The notes: generated from the letters alone by a model not told the origin. 64,000 nt of DNA from Candidatus Woesearchaeota archaeon (GCA_013202845.1 JABMPT010000005.1:71308-135307); one strand, 5' to 3'. Counted from the first letter of the stretch, positions 46,323-56,553 are shown. Program-made: numbers and translations.

Positions 46323-48896
46323 CTACTTAGCATCACAGGAACCTGTGAAGCCGCAGTTTTTTGAACATTGGGTGCAGCCACCAACTTTAACCATGACTCC
46401 TTCTCTACAAGAAGGACAAATATTGTCAGGTTGAGAACCATAAATGATGTCTTCTTTATTAAGCTTTAGTGCTTCAGAAATTTTTTTTGAGCCTTTTTTG
46501 GCTGACTCAACATTTTTTTTCTCAGTATCTGCGGAAGTAGATAGAACCTGTTCACTTCTACTCTTATCTCTATATATGGTTACTCCTTTACATCCGAGGT
46601 CATATGCTGTTTCATACACTTCTCTCGTTTGTTCAAAGGTAAAATCAGAAGGTGCATTAGCTGTCTTGCTTATCGATGAACAAGTCCATTTCTGAACAGC
46701 AGCTTGAACCTTGATGTGTTCAATAGGTGTTAAATCCATTGCACTAACAAAATATTTTGGAAGTTTTCCATCTCTCAAGTATTCTTTTGCAAGAGGAATA
46801 CTGACTTTATGGAATCCTATTCTTGACTGTTGGTAAAACTCAAAAGCATAATATGGTTCTATACCTGTAGATGTTGCAAGCATTGTCCCAACTGTTCCCG
46901 TAGGCGCTTGAGTTGTTAAGGTCACATTTCTAATCCCATTCCTTTTAATCATTGATTGTATCTCCTCAGAAAGTGTTTTCACAAAACCACTTTGCATAAA
47001 TTTGTCGGTATCAAATTTTGGAAATGGACCTTTTTCTTTTGCTATTCGAGTTGACTCTTTGTACATTTCAAAACAAATTGTTTTGTATATTCTGTCAATA
47101 AAAGGTAAGCTTTTACTAGAGCCATATCTTATCCTCAATTTTATTAATAACTCTCCAAGACCCAATGTTCCACCACCTATCCTTCTTTCTTTTTTCTGAT
47201 TCTCTTCATTTTCTTTGAAATGATAAGGTGTGACATCTATAACATTATCCAAGAACCTTGTCAGTATTCTTGCTGCTTTCTTCAATGCATCCCAGTTCAT
47301 TTTATACAAAGATCCTTCCTTATCTGCACCTATTTTTTCAGCAAAAGAAGCCAAGTACAAATGACCTAGATTACAAACTCCCCAGCCAGGTAATCCTTGC
47401 TCTCCACAAGGATTAGTTGATATCAACTTGTTGAAATAGTGAGAATTACTTAACTTGTTGTATCTTTCCATGAACACTACTCCTGGTTCTGCACTTGCCC
47501 AAGCAGATTCTACAAGTTTATTCCACATTGTTCTCGCCTTAATTTTTTTGTAGACTTTTATAGGATAATTTTTTCTTTTCCATTCATCAATGTCTCCATC
47601 CCATTCATCATCATACAAATCACTATATGCAGAGTGTTCATAATCAGGATATTCTAAATTCCAAATTTTATCCTTCTTCATTGCATCCATGAATCTATCA
47701 GATACCATAACTGATATGTTAGCATTCTCTATCACACCAGCAGTTCTTTTTGAATCTATAAACTCTAAAATATCCGGATGCCAATCAGCCAGCATCAACA
47801 TTAATGCTCCTCTTCTAGAACCTCCTTGCTCTATCAAACCAGTTGTGTAAGAATACAATCCTCCCCAAGATACAGATCCTGAAGATTTACCATGAACTCC
47901 TCTAACATAAGCATATCTGGGCCTCAAAGTTGAAAGTGATATCCCGACTCCACCACCCCTTGACATTATCTCCGTCATTTGATAAAGCGTCTCTTTAACT
48001 ATAGATTCTCTTGAATCTTTAGGCGATGGAAGTACATAGCAATTATACAAAGTTAAGTTAGATGTGTATCTTCCATATTGGTCAACATTTGCACCAGTCA
48101 TTATCCTGCCTGCTGGCTGGATGTGATTCTGTTTCAACTCATCCCAAAACAACTCAAACCATTTCTGTTTTAAATCTGCAGTTTTCTCTCCAGAAGCTAT
48201 GGCCTTTGATACTCTTTTATAAGCACTGTCAATACTTTCTAAAGGCTTTTCACATCTCCATTTGCTTTGTTTGTATTCATAATTCTTTTTTGGATCTGCT
48301 TGTACTCCTGTGATCATATGAATAATCAACTTATCATCAGACAATACTTTTTTTATAACTCCCACATCTTTTTTTGGATACTTAGGATCTTCTTTTGTTA
48401 CAACAACCACGAGATCACCTAAACCGATATCTCCTTTCCTTGACTTAATAGCATATCTGTCAAGGAAAATCGCTCTTCCAAGTTCATCGAGTTGCCTTGA
48501 ATTGTTTAGAACATCTATTGCTTGCTTGGTTAATGGTATCCCTAGTTTCTTTAGTTTTTTAACATCCTTTGAATCAACTTCCTTTTTCTTCGAAGCTCTG
48601 ATCTCCTTCCTCTTAGCTCTATAAAGAATGTATGCTTTGGCTGTTTTTGCATAGCCATCTTCTATAAGCATCTTCTCAACTAAATCCTGAATTTGCTCAA
48701 TCTCAGGTATTTTATTTTTAAAATTTTTCTCAAGAGTTTTTACAACTTGATCAGCTATTTTCTCTGAAAGTCTTTTATCCTTTCCTCCAATTGCCTGTGC
48801 AGCTTTAAATATTGCATAAGTTATCTTTTCTTGACTAAAAGGGACTATTCTACCATCTCTTTTTTTCACATACTCTACATTAATTTCCCTTTTCAT
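46323..48896 (-). CDS. nrdJ: Class II (adenosylcobalamin-dependent) ribonucleoside reductase with N-terminal ATP-cone and C-terminal Zn ribbon.
   Basis: ATP-cone at the N-terminus (VKKRDGRIVPFSQEKI). TNPCGEQ active-site Cys motif. C-terminal CPSC...CTQC. 857 aa and no intein-like insertion. Confidence 0.9.
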   Translation of the reverse strand: MKREINVEYVKKRDGRIVPFSQEKITYAIFKAAQAIGGKDKRLSEKIADQVVKTLEKNFKNKIPEIEQIQDLVEKMLIEDGYAKTAKAYILYRAKRKEIRASKKKEVDSKDVKKLKKLGIPLTKQAIDVLNNSRQLDELGRAIFLDRYAIKSRKGDIGLGDLVVVVTKEDPKYPKKDVGVIKKVLSDDKLIIHMITGVQADPKKNYEYKQSKWRCEKPLESIDSAYKRVSKAIASGEKTADLKQKWFELFWDELKQNHIQPAGRIMTGANVDQYGRYTSNLTLYNCYVLPSPKDSRESIVKETLYQMTEIMSRGGGVGISLSTLRPRYAYVRGVHGKSSGSVSWGGLYSYTTGLIEQGGSRRGALMLMLADWHPDILEFIDSKRTAGVIENANISVMVSDRFMDAMKKDKIWNLEYPDYEHSAYSDLYDDEWDGDIDEWKRKNYPIKVYKKIKARTMWNKLVESAWASAEPGVVFMERYNKLSNSHYFNKLISTNPCGEQGLPGWGVCNLGHLYLASFAEKIGADKEGSLYKMNWDALKKAARILTRFLDNVIDVTPYHFKENEENQKKERRIGGGTLGLGELLIKLRIRYGSSKSLPFIDRIYKTICFEMYKESTRIAKEKGPFPKFDTDKFMQSGFVKTLSEEIQSMIKRNGIRNVTLTTQAPTGTVGTMLATSTGIEPYYAFEFYQQSRIGFHKVSIPLAKEYLRDGKLPKYFVSAMDLTPIEHIKVQAAVQKWTCSSISKTANAPSDFTFEQTREVYETAYDLGCKGVTIYRDKSRSEQVLSTSADTEKKNVESAKKGSKKISEALKLNKEDIIYGSQPDNICPSCREGVMVKVGGCTQCSKNCGFTGSCDAK

Positions 48897-49043
48897 TACA
48901 ACACCTCACTTGTTCATTAACTTCTAACTTCTTTAATACTTTTTGGTGATGCATAATATATTTCACAAAATAAATTATCAAAAAACAACTAAAAAATGAT
49001 TGTTTGAAAACCTTTATATAATAAACAAAAATATTACAAAAAT

Positions 49044-50159
49044 ATGAAAGGAATAGTTATAACAGACAAAGGATTAGAAGAAACAGCTTTAAAAGAAATA
49101 GTTGAGAAAATAAAATCAAAAGGGAAAATAGAAGAAACAGTTGTGAAGTTCGAAATAAAAAAAGAAGAAGAATTATGCAAATTGGCTTATACTTGCCAAT
49201 CACTAAGAAGAGTTTTACTGTTGTTTAAAGAATTTAAAGTTGAGAAGAAACTTGAAAAAAACATTGCTTTAATAAAAAAAATTAACTTGAAAAAATACTC
49301 TTCTGAAAAAGTTTCTGTTGAATGTGAACGCTATGGAGAACATAGTTTCAATAGCGTAGATTTTGCAAGAGAAACTAGTAAAATATTGGATGACAAGGGT
49401 TTTAAAGTTTTGAGAAAAGAGAATGATCTCATTTTCTATGTGTACATATACAATAACAAAGGATACTTCTGCTTAGATTTTTCTGGCAGAGATCTCAGCA
49501 AAAGGAATTACAGAATATTCACAAAGCCAGGCTCACTTAAGGGAACCCTCGGATTCGGTCTTGTGAAGATGTCAGGATACAAGGTTGGAGAAATTATTGT
49601 TGATCCATATTGCGAGTCAGGAGTTATACCTATAGAAACAGCATTATTTGCAAGTAAGAAGCCAGTTAACTTTTACAAAAAAGAGTTTGCTTTTAAGAAA
49701 ATAAACAAAAACTATGAGAAGATTTTTGAAAAAGAGGATAAAAAAACAAAAAAGAAAGTCAAAGATATATACGCCTTAGACAAAACATTGAAGAACATAA
49801 CCGACTCAAAGAAGAATGCAAAAATAGCAGGTGTTGACAAAAACATTAATTTTTCAAAAGCAGAAATTGAGTGGCTAGACACTAAGTTTGAAAAAGAGTC
49901 TGTTGATAAAATAGTCACAAAACTTCCTTCAGAATCAAAAAAACTATCCCAAAAAGTAATTGGAAAAATATATCAAGAAATGTTCTACCAAGCAGAATTC
50001 GTACTGAAGAAGAAAGGTGTTATGGTTATTTGCACTATGAAAAATGGCTTGCTGAAACAACTCAGCGACAAGAAAAACTTTGAAATAGTTGATGAAAAAA
50101 AGATGTTCTCTGGACAGCAAGAATACTTTATCACTATTTTCAAAAAAGTTTATAAATAA
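49044..50159 (+). CDS. THUMP-domain RNA methyltransferase-like protein (Trm14/RlmL/Trm11-like).
   Basis: N-terminal THUMP-like fold and VDPYCESGVIPIE (motif I, D-P-x-C-G-S-G-like). No clear (D/N)PPY catalytic motif was found downstream. Confidence 0.45.
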   Translation: MKGIVITDKGLEETALKEIVEKIKSKGKIEETVVKFEIKKEEELCKLAYTCQSLRRVLLLFKEFKVEKKLEKNIALIKKINLKKYSSEKVSVECERYGEHSFNSVDFARETSKILDDKGFKVLRKENDLIFYVYIYNNKGYFCLDFSGRDLSKRNYRIFTKPGSLKGTLGFGLVKMSGYKVGEIIVDPYCESGVIPIETALFASKKPVNFYKKEFAFKKINKNYEKIFEKEDKKTKKKVKDIYALDKTLKNITDSKKNAKIAGVDKNINFSKAEIEWLDTKFEKESVDKIVTKLPSESKKLSQKVIGKIYQEMFYQAEFVLKKKGVMVICTMKNGLLKQLSDKKNFEIVDEKKMFSGQQEYFITIFKKVYK

Positions 50160-50189
50160 TTAATTCTATAAATTTCTAGGGGTGAAAAC

Positions 50190-50642
50190 ATGTATTGCGA
50201 TATGTGCGGGAGTGACGGAGAGTTATTCAAATGTAGAATTGAGAACACAGAGCTCAATGTCTGCAATATCTGCAGCCAATATGGAGAAGTAATCCACAAA
50301 ATAAAAGCGCCTGAACCTGAAACACCAAAGCCTGTTTCTAAGCCTTTAAAGAGAAGTGAGGTAATTCAAATAATAATACCAAATTATTTTAAAATAGTCA
50401 AGAACAAAAGGGAATTTATGGGCCTAAAGCAAAAAGAGCTTGCCAAGAAAATAGCTGAGAAAGAGTCAGTAATCCACAACATAGAGTCCGGACATATGGA
50501 ACCAAACATGGATTTGGCAAGGAAACTTGAGAAATTTCTTAATGTAAGACTTGTAGAGCAATACGAAGAAAAAGGAAAAGTTATTGCAACAGAAGATACA
50601 GGACCTCTAACAATAGGTGATTTGATTAAGATCAAAAAATAA
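50190..50642 (+). CDS. Archaeal multiprotein bridging factor 1 (aMBF1): N-terminal Zn-ribbon plus C-terminal HTH-XRE.
   Basis: CDMCGS...CNIC Zn-ribbon. HTH KQKELAKKIAEKESVIHNIESG. A GGGGTGA SD precedes the ATG. Confidence 0.75.
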   Translation: MYCDMCGSDGELFKCRIENTELNVCNICSQYGEVIHKIKAPEPETPKPVSKPLKRSEVIQIIIPNYFKIVKNKREFMGLKQKELAKKIAEKESVIHNIESGHMEPNMDLARKLEKFLNVRLVEQYEEKGKVIATEDTGPLTIGDLIKIKK

Positions 50643-50682
50643 AGGAAACATTTAAATCAAAATAAAATTCTAAATAACTAAC

Positions 50683-51945
50683 TTGAAAATCAACTATTTA
50701 TCTCAAGATATAATAATGAATCTTGGAATTATCTTATTCTTCACAATCTTCTTTTTATTGACAATCATTCTTGTTATCTCAATAACCTCATTTTTCATCA
50801 AAAAAAAGACTAAAAAGTTCGAGCCAAGTATCAGTGTCATAATTCCGAGCTACAACGAAGAAAAAAACATAAAGAATTGTATAAAGCACATCTTGAACTC
50901 TAACTATGACGCTAATAAATTGGAAATAATATGTGTGGACGATGGCTCAACAGATAATACCATCAATATTATAAAAGATTTAATAAAAAAATATAGTAAT
51001 ATAAAACTAATAAAAGGAAAGCACCATGGTAAATCAAAGGCTCTTAATCTTGGAGTGGAAAGAGCAAAACATGATTATGTTCTGACTGTTGATGCAGACA
51101 CTCTTTTAGATAAGAATTTCATTAAAGAAATAATAGCTCCTTTTTCTGATAAAAAAGTTGGTGCAACTAATGGCATTGCATTAATAGATAAACCTAAAAG
51201 AATTGTTGAACATTTTCAAACTGTAGAATACTACTTTAACAACTTGATAAGGCATTCATTTTCAAAAGTGTTTAATAATGGAATATGGTTTTTTGGAGCT
51301 GCAGCATGTTTCAAAAAAGACGTTTTGAAGAAAGCAGGTTTATTCAGTAGCAGAGTGCTAACAGAGGATATGGACATATCACTGAAAATCTTTGAACATG
51401 GTTATGATGTTCTGACTGTAAGAAAAGCTACCTACTATACACAGGTATGTCATAATTTGAAAACATTGTTCTCTCAAAGAATGAGATGGTTTTATGGAGG
51501 TTTGCAATGTTCTTTCAAACATAGAAAATTATGGAAAAGAAAGGTTTTTTCAATAAAATACCTCTTCTTTAATCAAATCTTTTGGGCCTTCTTCTCAGTA
51601 ATCGTTATTCCAACAATAATATATCAGGTAAACTATTGGATGCCTTCAGGAGCAAGAGAAATACTAGCTTACTTGTTTCGATGGTTCAGCTTGTCAGGAC
51701 CTATATACGTACTATATAAAATCCCTGAATGGGGTTTGTCTCTTATCAACATCTTCGGAGTTATGGCAGGAATATTAACATTCATCTTAATAAATATCGC
51801 AGTGATAAGATTCAAAGGAAAATTAAATCTTCAGAAATTATTAGTGGCTTTTTTCTATTTTCCTTACACATTAATACTCAATCTCATACTAACAACCGCT
51901 ATATTTAGATATACTTTCTCTAGAAAGAAGCACTTCAAGAAATAA
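50683..51945 (+). CDS. Membrane-embedded processive GT2 synthase (QxxRW; PgaC/NodC/HasA/CesA-like).
   Basis: One N-terminal TM helix. SVIIPSYNE...CVDDGSTDNT...TVDADT...TEDMD...QRMRWFYGG. Four C-terminal TM helices. Confidence 0.75.
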   Translation: MKINYLSQDIIMNLGIILFFTIFFLLTIILVISITSFFIKKKTKKFEPSISVIIPSYNEEKNIKNCIKHILNSNYDANKLEIICVDDGSTDNTINIIKDLIKKYSNIKLIKGKHHGKSKALNLGVERAKHDYVLTVDADTLLDKNFIKEIIAPFSDKKVGATNGIALIDKPKRIVEHFQTVEYYFNNLIRHSFSKVFNNGIWFFGAAACFKKDVLKKAGLFSSRVLTEDMDISLKIFEHGYDVLTVRKATYYTQVCHNLKTLFSQRMRWFYGGLQCSFKHRKLWKRKVFSIKYLFFNQIFWAFFSVIVIPTIIYQVNYWMPSGAREILAYLFRWFSLSGPIYVLYKIPEWGLSLINIFGVMAGILTFILINIAVIRFKGKLNLQKLLVAFFYFPYTLILNLILTTAIFRYTFSRKKHFKK

Positions 51946-51946
51946 T

Positions 51947-52234
51947 CTAAAAGACTACTTCACAAGTAACCCTTCTATACATATAGACAACGCCAAAAAT
52001 AACAGATCCAATAAATGTTGTTAAGCTAATAATAAGAGCGACTATAGCATAACCCATTCCACCATATTTTTCAGGATTTAAATTAATCTGTCTTAGTGCT
52101 CTAATAGCCAAAAACAATGATGCTAGAGAAAGTCCTATATTCAATAAAGGAATCCAAAATCCCAAACTCAGTATGAAAGATAGTATCGCGTTAAACCTGT
52201 CCTTTTTTGTTTTGGTATTCTTTTTAGTTGCCAT
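51947..52234 (-). CDS. Small basic membrane protein (DUF4190-like).
   Basis: Start taken at the internal Met (MATKKNTKTKK). Two hydrophobic helices. Located between the two QxxRW synthase genes. Confidence 0.35.
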   Translation of the reverse strand: MATKKNTKTKKDRFNAILSFILSLGFWIPLLNIGLSLASLFLAIRALRQINLNPEKYGGMGYAIVALIISLTTFIGSVIFGVVYMYRRVTCEVVF

Positions 52235-52239
52235 TTTAA

Positions 52240-53604
52240 TCAAGAGGATACTTTTGTAACATTTCCTTTCTTCGCAAGCATAAACCATTGCATTTCTCTG
52301 TTGAATATTGCTTTGAAAACCCCTATAGTTACTGTGTAGATGACTAGAAGACCCACACTAAAAGAAGCAACTATCAATCTATTCACTTCCTTGAATTTCT
52401 TACTAAGTTTTAGAATTACTATACTTGTAAACAGATAACCTGAAGTTAGTAGAATATTTCTTCCAGTTTCTGAAAAGAACTTGGCCCAATCAATTGGTTG
52501 TGGCTCATTTGTAATTATAGACAAAAAGCCTAAAAGTGCTAACAAAAAGAAGAACAAGGTAACTAAATAACCAGACCCTAGCAGAAGAGGATTAAATTTC
52601 CATCTTGCTGAAATCTTTCTACTGAACAAAATTGGCAGTAAATGGGTTTTAAGAGCAGAAATAACTCCATAAGCCCACCTCATCTGTTGCTTACATAAAT
52701 CTTTGACAGTAAATGGTGATTCGCAATCACATTGCAGAGTCTCTAGATATACTATCCTCCTTCCTGCACGCGTTAATCTTAAAGAACACTCTATATCTTC
52801 TGTTAACGCCCCACTTTTCCAACCGCCGAGTTTTATAAGTGTTTTTTTTCGTATAGCTTCTGCAGAACCAGCTATGAAACCATTACTTTTCATGAAATTC
52901 AAGAAAGGAAGACCTAACCGATGTGAAAACATAGGTATTATTCCCCCTATTATTGATGAAAAGTTCTGTGAAAAGTTCTTTATAGCCCACCTGGATTGAA
53001 CAGCGTCAACTGTCGAATCATTGACAAAAGGAGCTATTATCCTTTTTAGGAAATCCTCTTTGGGTAGAAAATCAGAGTCAAAGACAACTATGAACTCCCC
53101 TCTTGTATATTTCAGCATATGATTAAGGTTTCCTGGTTTAAAACCTATGTTTAAACCTCTTCTTGTGACCTTAACCAAGTTGTGCATTGAAGCAAACTCA
53201 TTTATCTTCTTAGAAACTGTTTTATCAGAGCTGTCATCACCTATTATCATCTCATATCTGTTCTTAGGATAATCAAATTTTAAGCATTTTTTAGCACAAT
53301 TTATGGCTGCCAACTCATTATAAGTAGGAATCTGTATAGTGACAAAAGGATACTTCGATCCTCTGAAAGGTTCTTCTTTTGGCTTCTTCTTAAAAGAAAC
53401 GATTATTGACATTAAAAAATGCATGAATGTCATAACAATAGTTATGTATAGAATTATATTGAATGCGCTTTTAAAAAAAACATGTAAAAAATTCAATACA
53501 TTTCTAGAATAAAGTGTAAAAAAGTTGAAAGTCATATCTCCAAAAAACTCGTAATACTGGAAAATATTGCTTGAAATCGAATTCAGGACTTCTACTATCA
53601 CCAT
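52240..53604 (-). CDS. Membrane-embedded processive GT2 synthase (QxxRW), second paralog.
   Basis: VTIQIPTYNE...IIGDDSSD...VVFDSDF...TEDIE...QQMRWAYG. TM helices at the N- and C-termini. Confidence 0.7.
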   Translation of the reverse strand: MVIVEVLNSISSNIFQYYEFFGDMTFNFFTLYSRNVLNFLHVFFKSAFNIILYITIVMTFMHFLMSIIVSFKKKPKEEPFRGSKYPFVTIQIPTYNELAAINCAKKCLKFDYPKNRYEMIIGDDSSDKTVSKKINEFASMHNLVKVTRRGLNIGFKPGNLNHMLKYTRGEFIVVFDSDFLPKEDFLKRIIAPFVNDSTVDAVQSRWAIKNFSQNFSSIIGGIIPMFSHRLGLPFLNFMKSNGFIAGSAEAIRKKTLIKLGGWKSGALTEDIECSLRLTRAGRRIVYLETLQCDCESPFTVKDLCKQQMRWAYGVISALKTHLLPILFSRKISARWKFNPLLLGSGYLVTLFFFLLALLGFLSIITNEPQPIDWAKFFSETGRNILLTSGYLFTSIVILKLSKKFKEVNRLIVASFSVGLLVIYTVTIGVFKAIFNREMQWFMLAKKGNVTKVSS

Positions 53605-53674
53605 TTTAAATCTTTTTCAGGACGTTGAATAAGCACAGGGTCTATATAAATTTAACCAAAAAAGCTTTTTATTG

Positions 53675-55087
53675 TCAACTATATAAAACCTCCCATACCT
53701 GAATTCCTTTATTAGCCCATAATCTGTCAAAATCAGGACTGTTTTCAATTAGAAACAAGAGTCCTTCTCCTTCGCGTTTCCAGATAAGTCCTTTTTTCAT
53801 CTCTTCAGTTATCAGTAAATATTTTACATTTCCTTCTATTAATAATGTTTTTGTAGTTTCTAGATTCCTAGAATAGAATATTCTTTGTTCTACATCTTTC
53901 AAGATAAAATAATTGTCTTGATTTACTGAATAATCATCCAAAAAACTCTTTTGTGAAGAGAAATACTCTATGAAATGACCATAACTCTGATGAGAAAGAA
54001 CAACTTCTTCTGGTTTAGCTTCTAAGAAAGCCAAAGCGCTTAGAAGTTCTTTTTTAGGCTCTGAGTTGATGACTTGATCTACATATAAAGCTGTGGAAAA
54101 AATAACTATACAAAGAATTAATAAAAGAGTAAACTTTTTTATTAACTGAATAGCCCACGTTCTTTTGATAAGAAAAAATATGGTTATGCTTGAAAATATG
54201 CATAAGTAGAAATTGAAATATATTCTTCCAGCCACATTAAAAAGTGAAAAAAGAAAGACAATTAAAAGCGAGATTAAAAGGTAGAGAAATTCTCTTTTTC
54301 GTTTCCAAACCATGAATAAACCTATTACACCTAAAAAGAAGTAGAAAAAAGCTATGCCTGCCTTAGCGCCAAAAGAAGTGAAGTAATTAGTAAAAGAAGG
54401 ATTCATAAACAAGTTTTGGAACATTTGGAATCCTTCATGAAGATATCCAAATAGGAAGAATGAAATTACAGAAGGAATTGCATTCATCAAGAATATCTTC
54501 TTGTCCCCTTCATAAAAATAATAGCTAATTATCAAAATCAGATTCAAAAGGAAAACAGAAGAATCTGTTATTGAAACAAGTATTAAGAAAGGTACTGAAA
54601 AATAATTCTTTTTTATAAACAAATACATAAATATCAAAGAAAATACTGTTGCCAGAGAAAAAGTGCTTGGTATAGTGAACAAGTAGATGAATATAGGTGA
54701 CAAAGCAAACAAAAGGCTTGAGATTATCACTAAATTTCGCTCGTCAAGAAATTCATTCAATATCAAATAGAGAAAAATCAATGATATAATTCCTAAGATT
54801 ATAGAAAAACCAATTAATAGGTTTGTATTTTCAAAAGACATAAATAATGATAACAAATAATGATAAAAAGAAATTTTATGAGGTCTATCTTGTGAATAAT
54901 CCCAGTAAATTCCTTTTGATAAGTCTTCTGAAGCTCTCAAGTCATAATAGAATTCTCCACCTGTGAATAAAGGATCTTGATTCAAGTGCCTTACTGTGAA
55001 AGGGATGAGAAGTAATAATAAAGCTGAAACTACTAGAGCAATTAATTCAATTTTTTTTCTTAATTTTTTTTTCATTATATTGAGCAA
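53675..55087 (-). CDS. Polytopic membrane protein, putative GT-C-fold glycosyltransferase (PMT/ArnT/STT3-like), paralog 1.
   Basis: About 11 TM helices. The first-loop acidic motif LNQDPLFTGGEFYYD. C-terminal soluble domain of about 120 aa. Confidence 0.45.
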   Translation of the reverse strand: MLNIMKKKLRKKIELIALVVSALLLLLIPFTVRHLNQDPLFTGGEFYYDLRASEDLSKGIYWDYSQDRPHKISFYHYLLSLFMSFENTNLLIGFSIILGIISLIFLYLILNEFLDERNLVIISSLLFALSPIFIYLFTIPSTFSLATVFSLIFMYLFIKKNYFSVPFLILVSITDSSVFLLNLILIISYYFYEGDKKIFLMNAIPSVISFFLFGYLHEGFQMFQNLFMNPSFTNYFTSFGAKAGIAFFYFFLGVIGLFMVWKRKREFLYLLISLLIVFLFSLFNVAGRIYFNFYLCIFSSITIFFLIKRTWAIQLIKKFTLLLILCIVIFSTALYVDQVINSEPKKELLSALAFLEAKPEEVVLSHQSYGHFIEYFSSQKSFLDDYSVNQDNYFILKDVEQRIFYSRNLETTKTLLIEGNVKYLLITEEMKKGLIWKREGEGLLFLIENSPDFDRLWANKGIQVWEVLYS

Positions 55088-56553
55088 TGAACCCTGTATA
55101 TTTTTATTGACTCATTAAAAGCAAGATCAAAACAATCTGGGTCGGTGTAATAAATTTTTTCCTCAGTTCCAAATTTGCCTGAAAAATACAGATAATCAAC
55201 ACCATATTTATTCAGTCTTCTTACAGCTTCTGTTTTTAATCTCAAAGAAAAGACTGATTGCACATCTTCATACCTCTGTTGAGAATCTTCAACAAGCAAA
55301 AAATCCTGATCAATAACTGTTTTTCTATTTGCAAAATAATTTATCATATAACCTTCTTCCAAACGAGCAAGCACCACATCATTTGTTCCTGTGTTGTCTT
55401 TTAACCATTCCATTGCCTTTAGTTCTGAATCTGAAGGAACTGCCTTTAATGACGAGAGAGCTAAATTAAAACTTGGAATGACCGCTGTTAAAACAAATAC
55501 CAAACACACACCCACTAAAAACCACTTAGCAGAATGAGGTGCTTTTGTTTTTCTAAAATAGGAATACAATAGTTTAATTGAATGACTTGATAAGAGCACA
55601 AGCATCAAACTGAGAAATATCAAACCTATCTTGAATTCAACAAGTTTTAGCCACAAGAGTAGAAGTATTGACAGGAACATGCTCAGAACCATGAAAACAC
55701 TTCTCCTTTTTGTTATGAAAAGAACATGATATATTGCATAAATTCCAAATACTATTGGAACAATTCCAACATAGTATATGCTCTGGATTATGTTCAGATC
55801 AAAGAAGTAATTAGTCAATATCTGAAGAGGTATGTTCCGCCATATTACAAGAGGACCATGAATGAGAAAAGCTTTTTTATAGATTATGAAATTAAACCAC
55901 AGTACCAAAAAGCTAGTGAATAGAATCAATTCGGTCTCTTTTTTCCCAACTTCTAATGATTCCACTCTTAACAATAACAAGAATAGTAGAAGTCCTGCTA
56001 TTAGAAGAAAAGCAGATGCATGTGAAAACACAAGTATTACTATGAACAGCAAAGAGAGCTTCAGATACAAGTTTTCTTCGATTCTCATGATAAAATAAAG
56101 AGCAAACAACATTACTAAAACAACCAATGAGTAGACAGACAAATCATTTATTGTAACAAAGAAAATAGGGATAAATCCTGAAAAGAAACTTGAAATAAGA
56201 GATACTGAGCGTAGCTTTGTTATGTGATAAGATATCAAGTAAACAGCTACAACTACGAGAGATGATAACAAGTTTGGAATTATCTTTGCAGCCAAACCTG
56301 TTCCCAAAAAACTAAAAAAAGCAACTAAGTAATAAAAAAGTGGTGGAAACAAATGTGTTCTGCCACCATAGCTCAGAGGATCATCAAACAAAGGAAAACC
56401 TTCTTGGTTTATATTCTCTATTTGTCTTAATGCAAAATAAGCTTCATATGAGAATTCATCTGTCTGTAAGGAGATTATCGTTCTAGAGAAAAACGTGAGA
56501 AAAAATATTATCAAGAGCAAAAGAACTGCTGTAAATTTTTTCATAATAATCAA
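55075..56553 (-). CDS. Polytopic membrane protein, putative GT-C-fold glycosyltransferase, paralog 2 (tandem with the previous gene).
   Basis: About 11 TM helices. The first-loop LQTDEFSYEAYF (DE motif). C-terminal soluble domain. 13-nt overlap with the downstream paralog. Confidence 0.45.
   Translation of the reverse strand: MIIMKKFTAVLLLLIIFFLTFFSRTIISLQTDEFSYEAYFALRQIENINQEGFPLFDDPLSYGGRTHLFPPLFYYLVAFFSFLGTGLAAKIIPNLLSSLVVVAVYLISYHITKLRSVSLISSFFSGFIPIFFVTINDLSVYSLVVLVMLFALYFIMRIEENLYLKLSLLFIVILVFSHASAFLLIAGLLLFLLLLRVESLEVGKKETELILFTSFLVLWFNFIIYKKAFLIHGPLVIWRNIPLQILTNYFFDLNIIQSIYYVGIVPIVFGIYAIYHVLFITKRRSVFMVLSMFLSILLLLWLKLVEFKIGLIFLSLMLVLLSSHSIKLLYSYFRKTKAPHSAKWFLVGVCLVFVLTAVIPSFNLALSSLKAVPSDSELKAMEWLKDNTGTNDVVLARLEEGYMINYFANRKTVIDQDFLLVEDSQQRYEDVQSVFSLRLKTEAVRRLNKYGVDYLYFSGKFGTEEKIYYTDPDCFDLAFNESIKIYRVHCSI

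Noticed and set aside
46323-48896. Possible intein inside the class II RNR (common in archaeal RNRs).
   Set aside because: Its 857 aa is accounted for by the ATP-cone, catalytic barrel and Zn ribbon. No Hint/LAGLIDADG blocks or size excess were seen.
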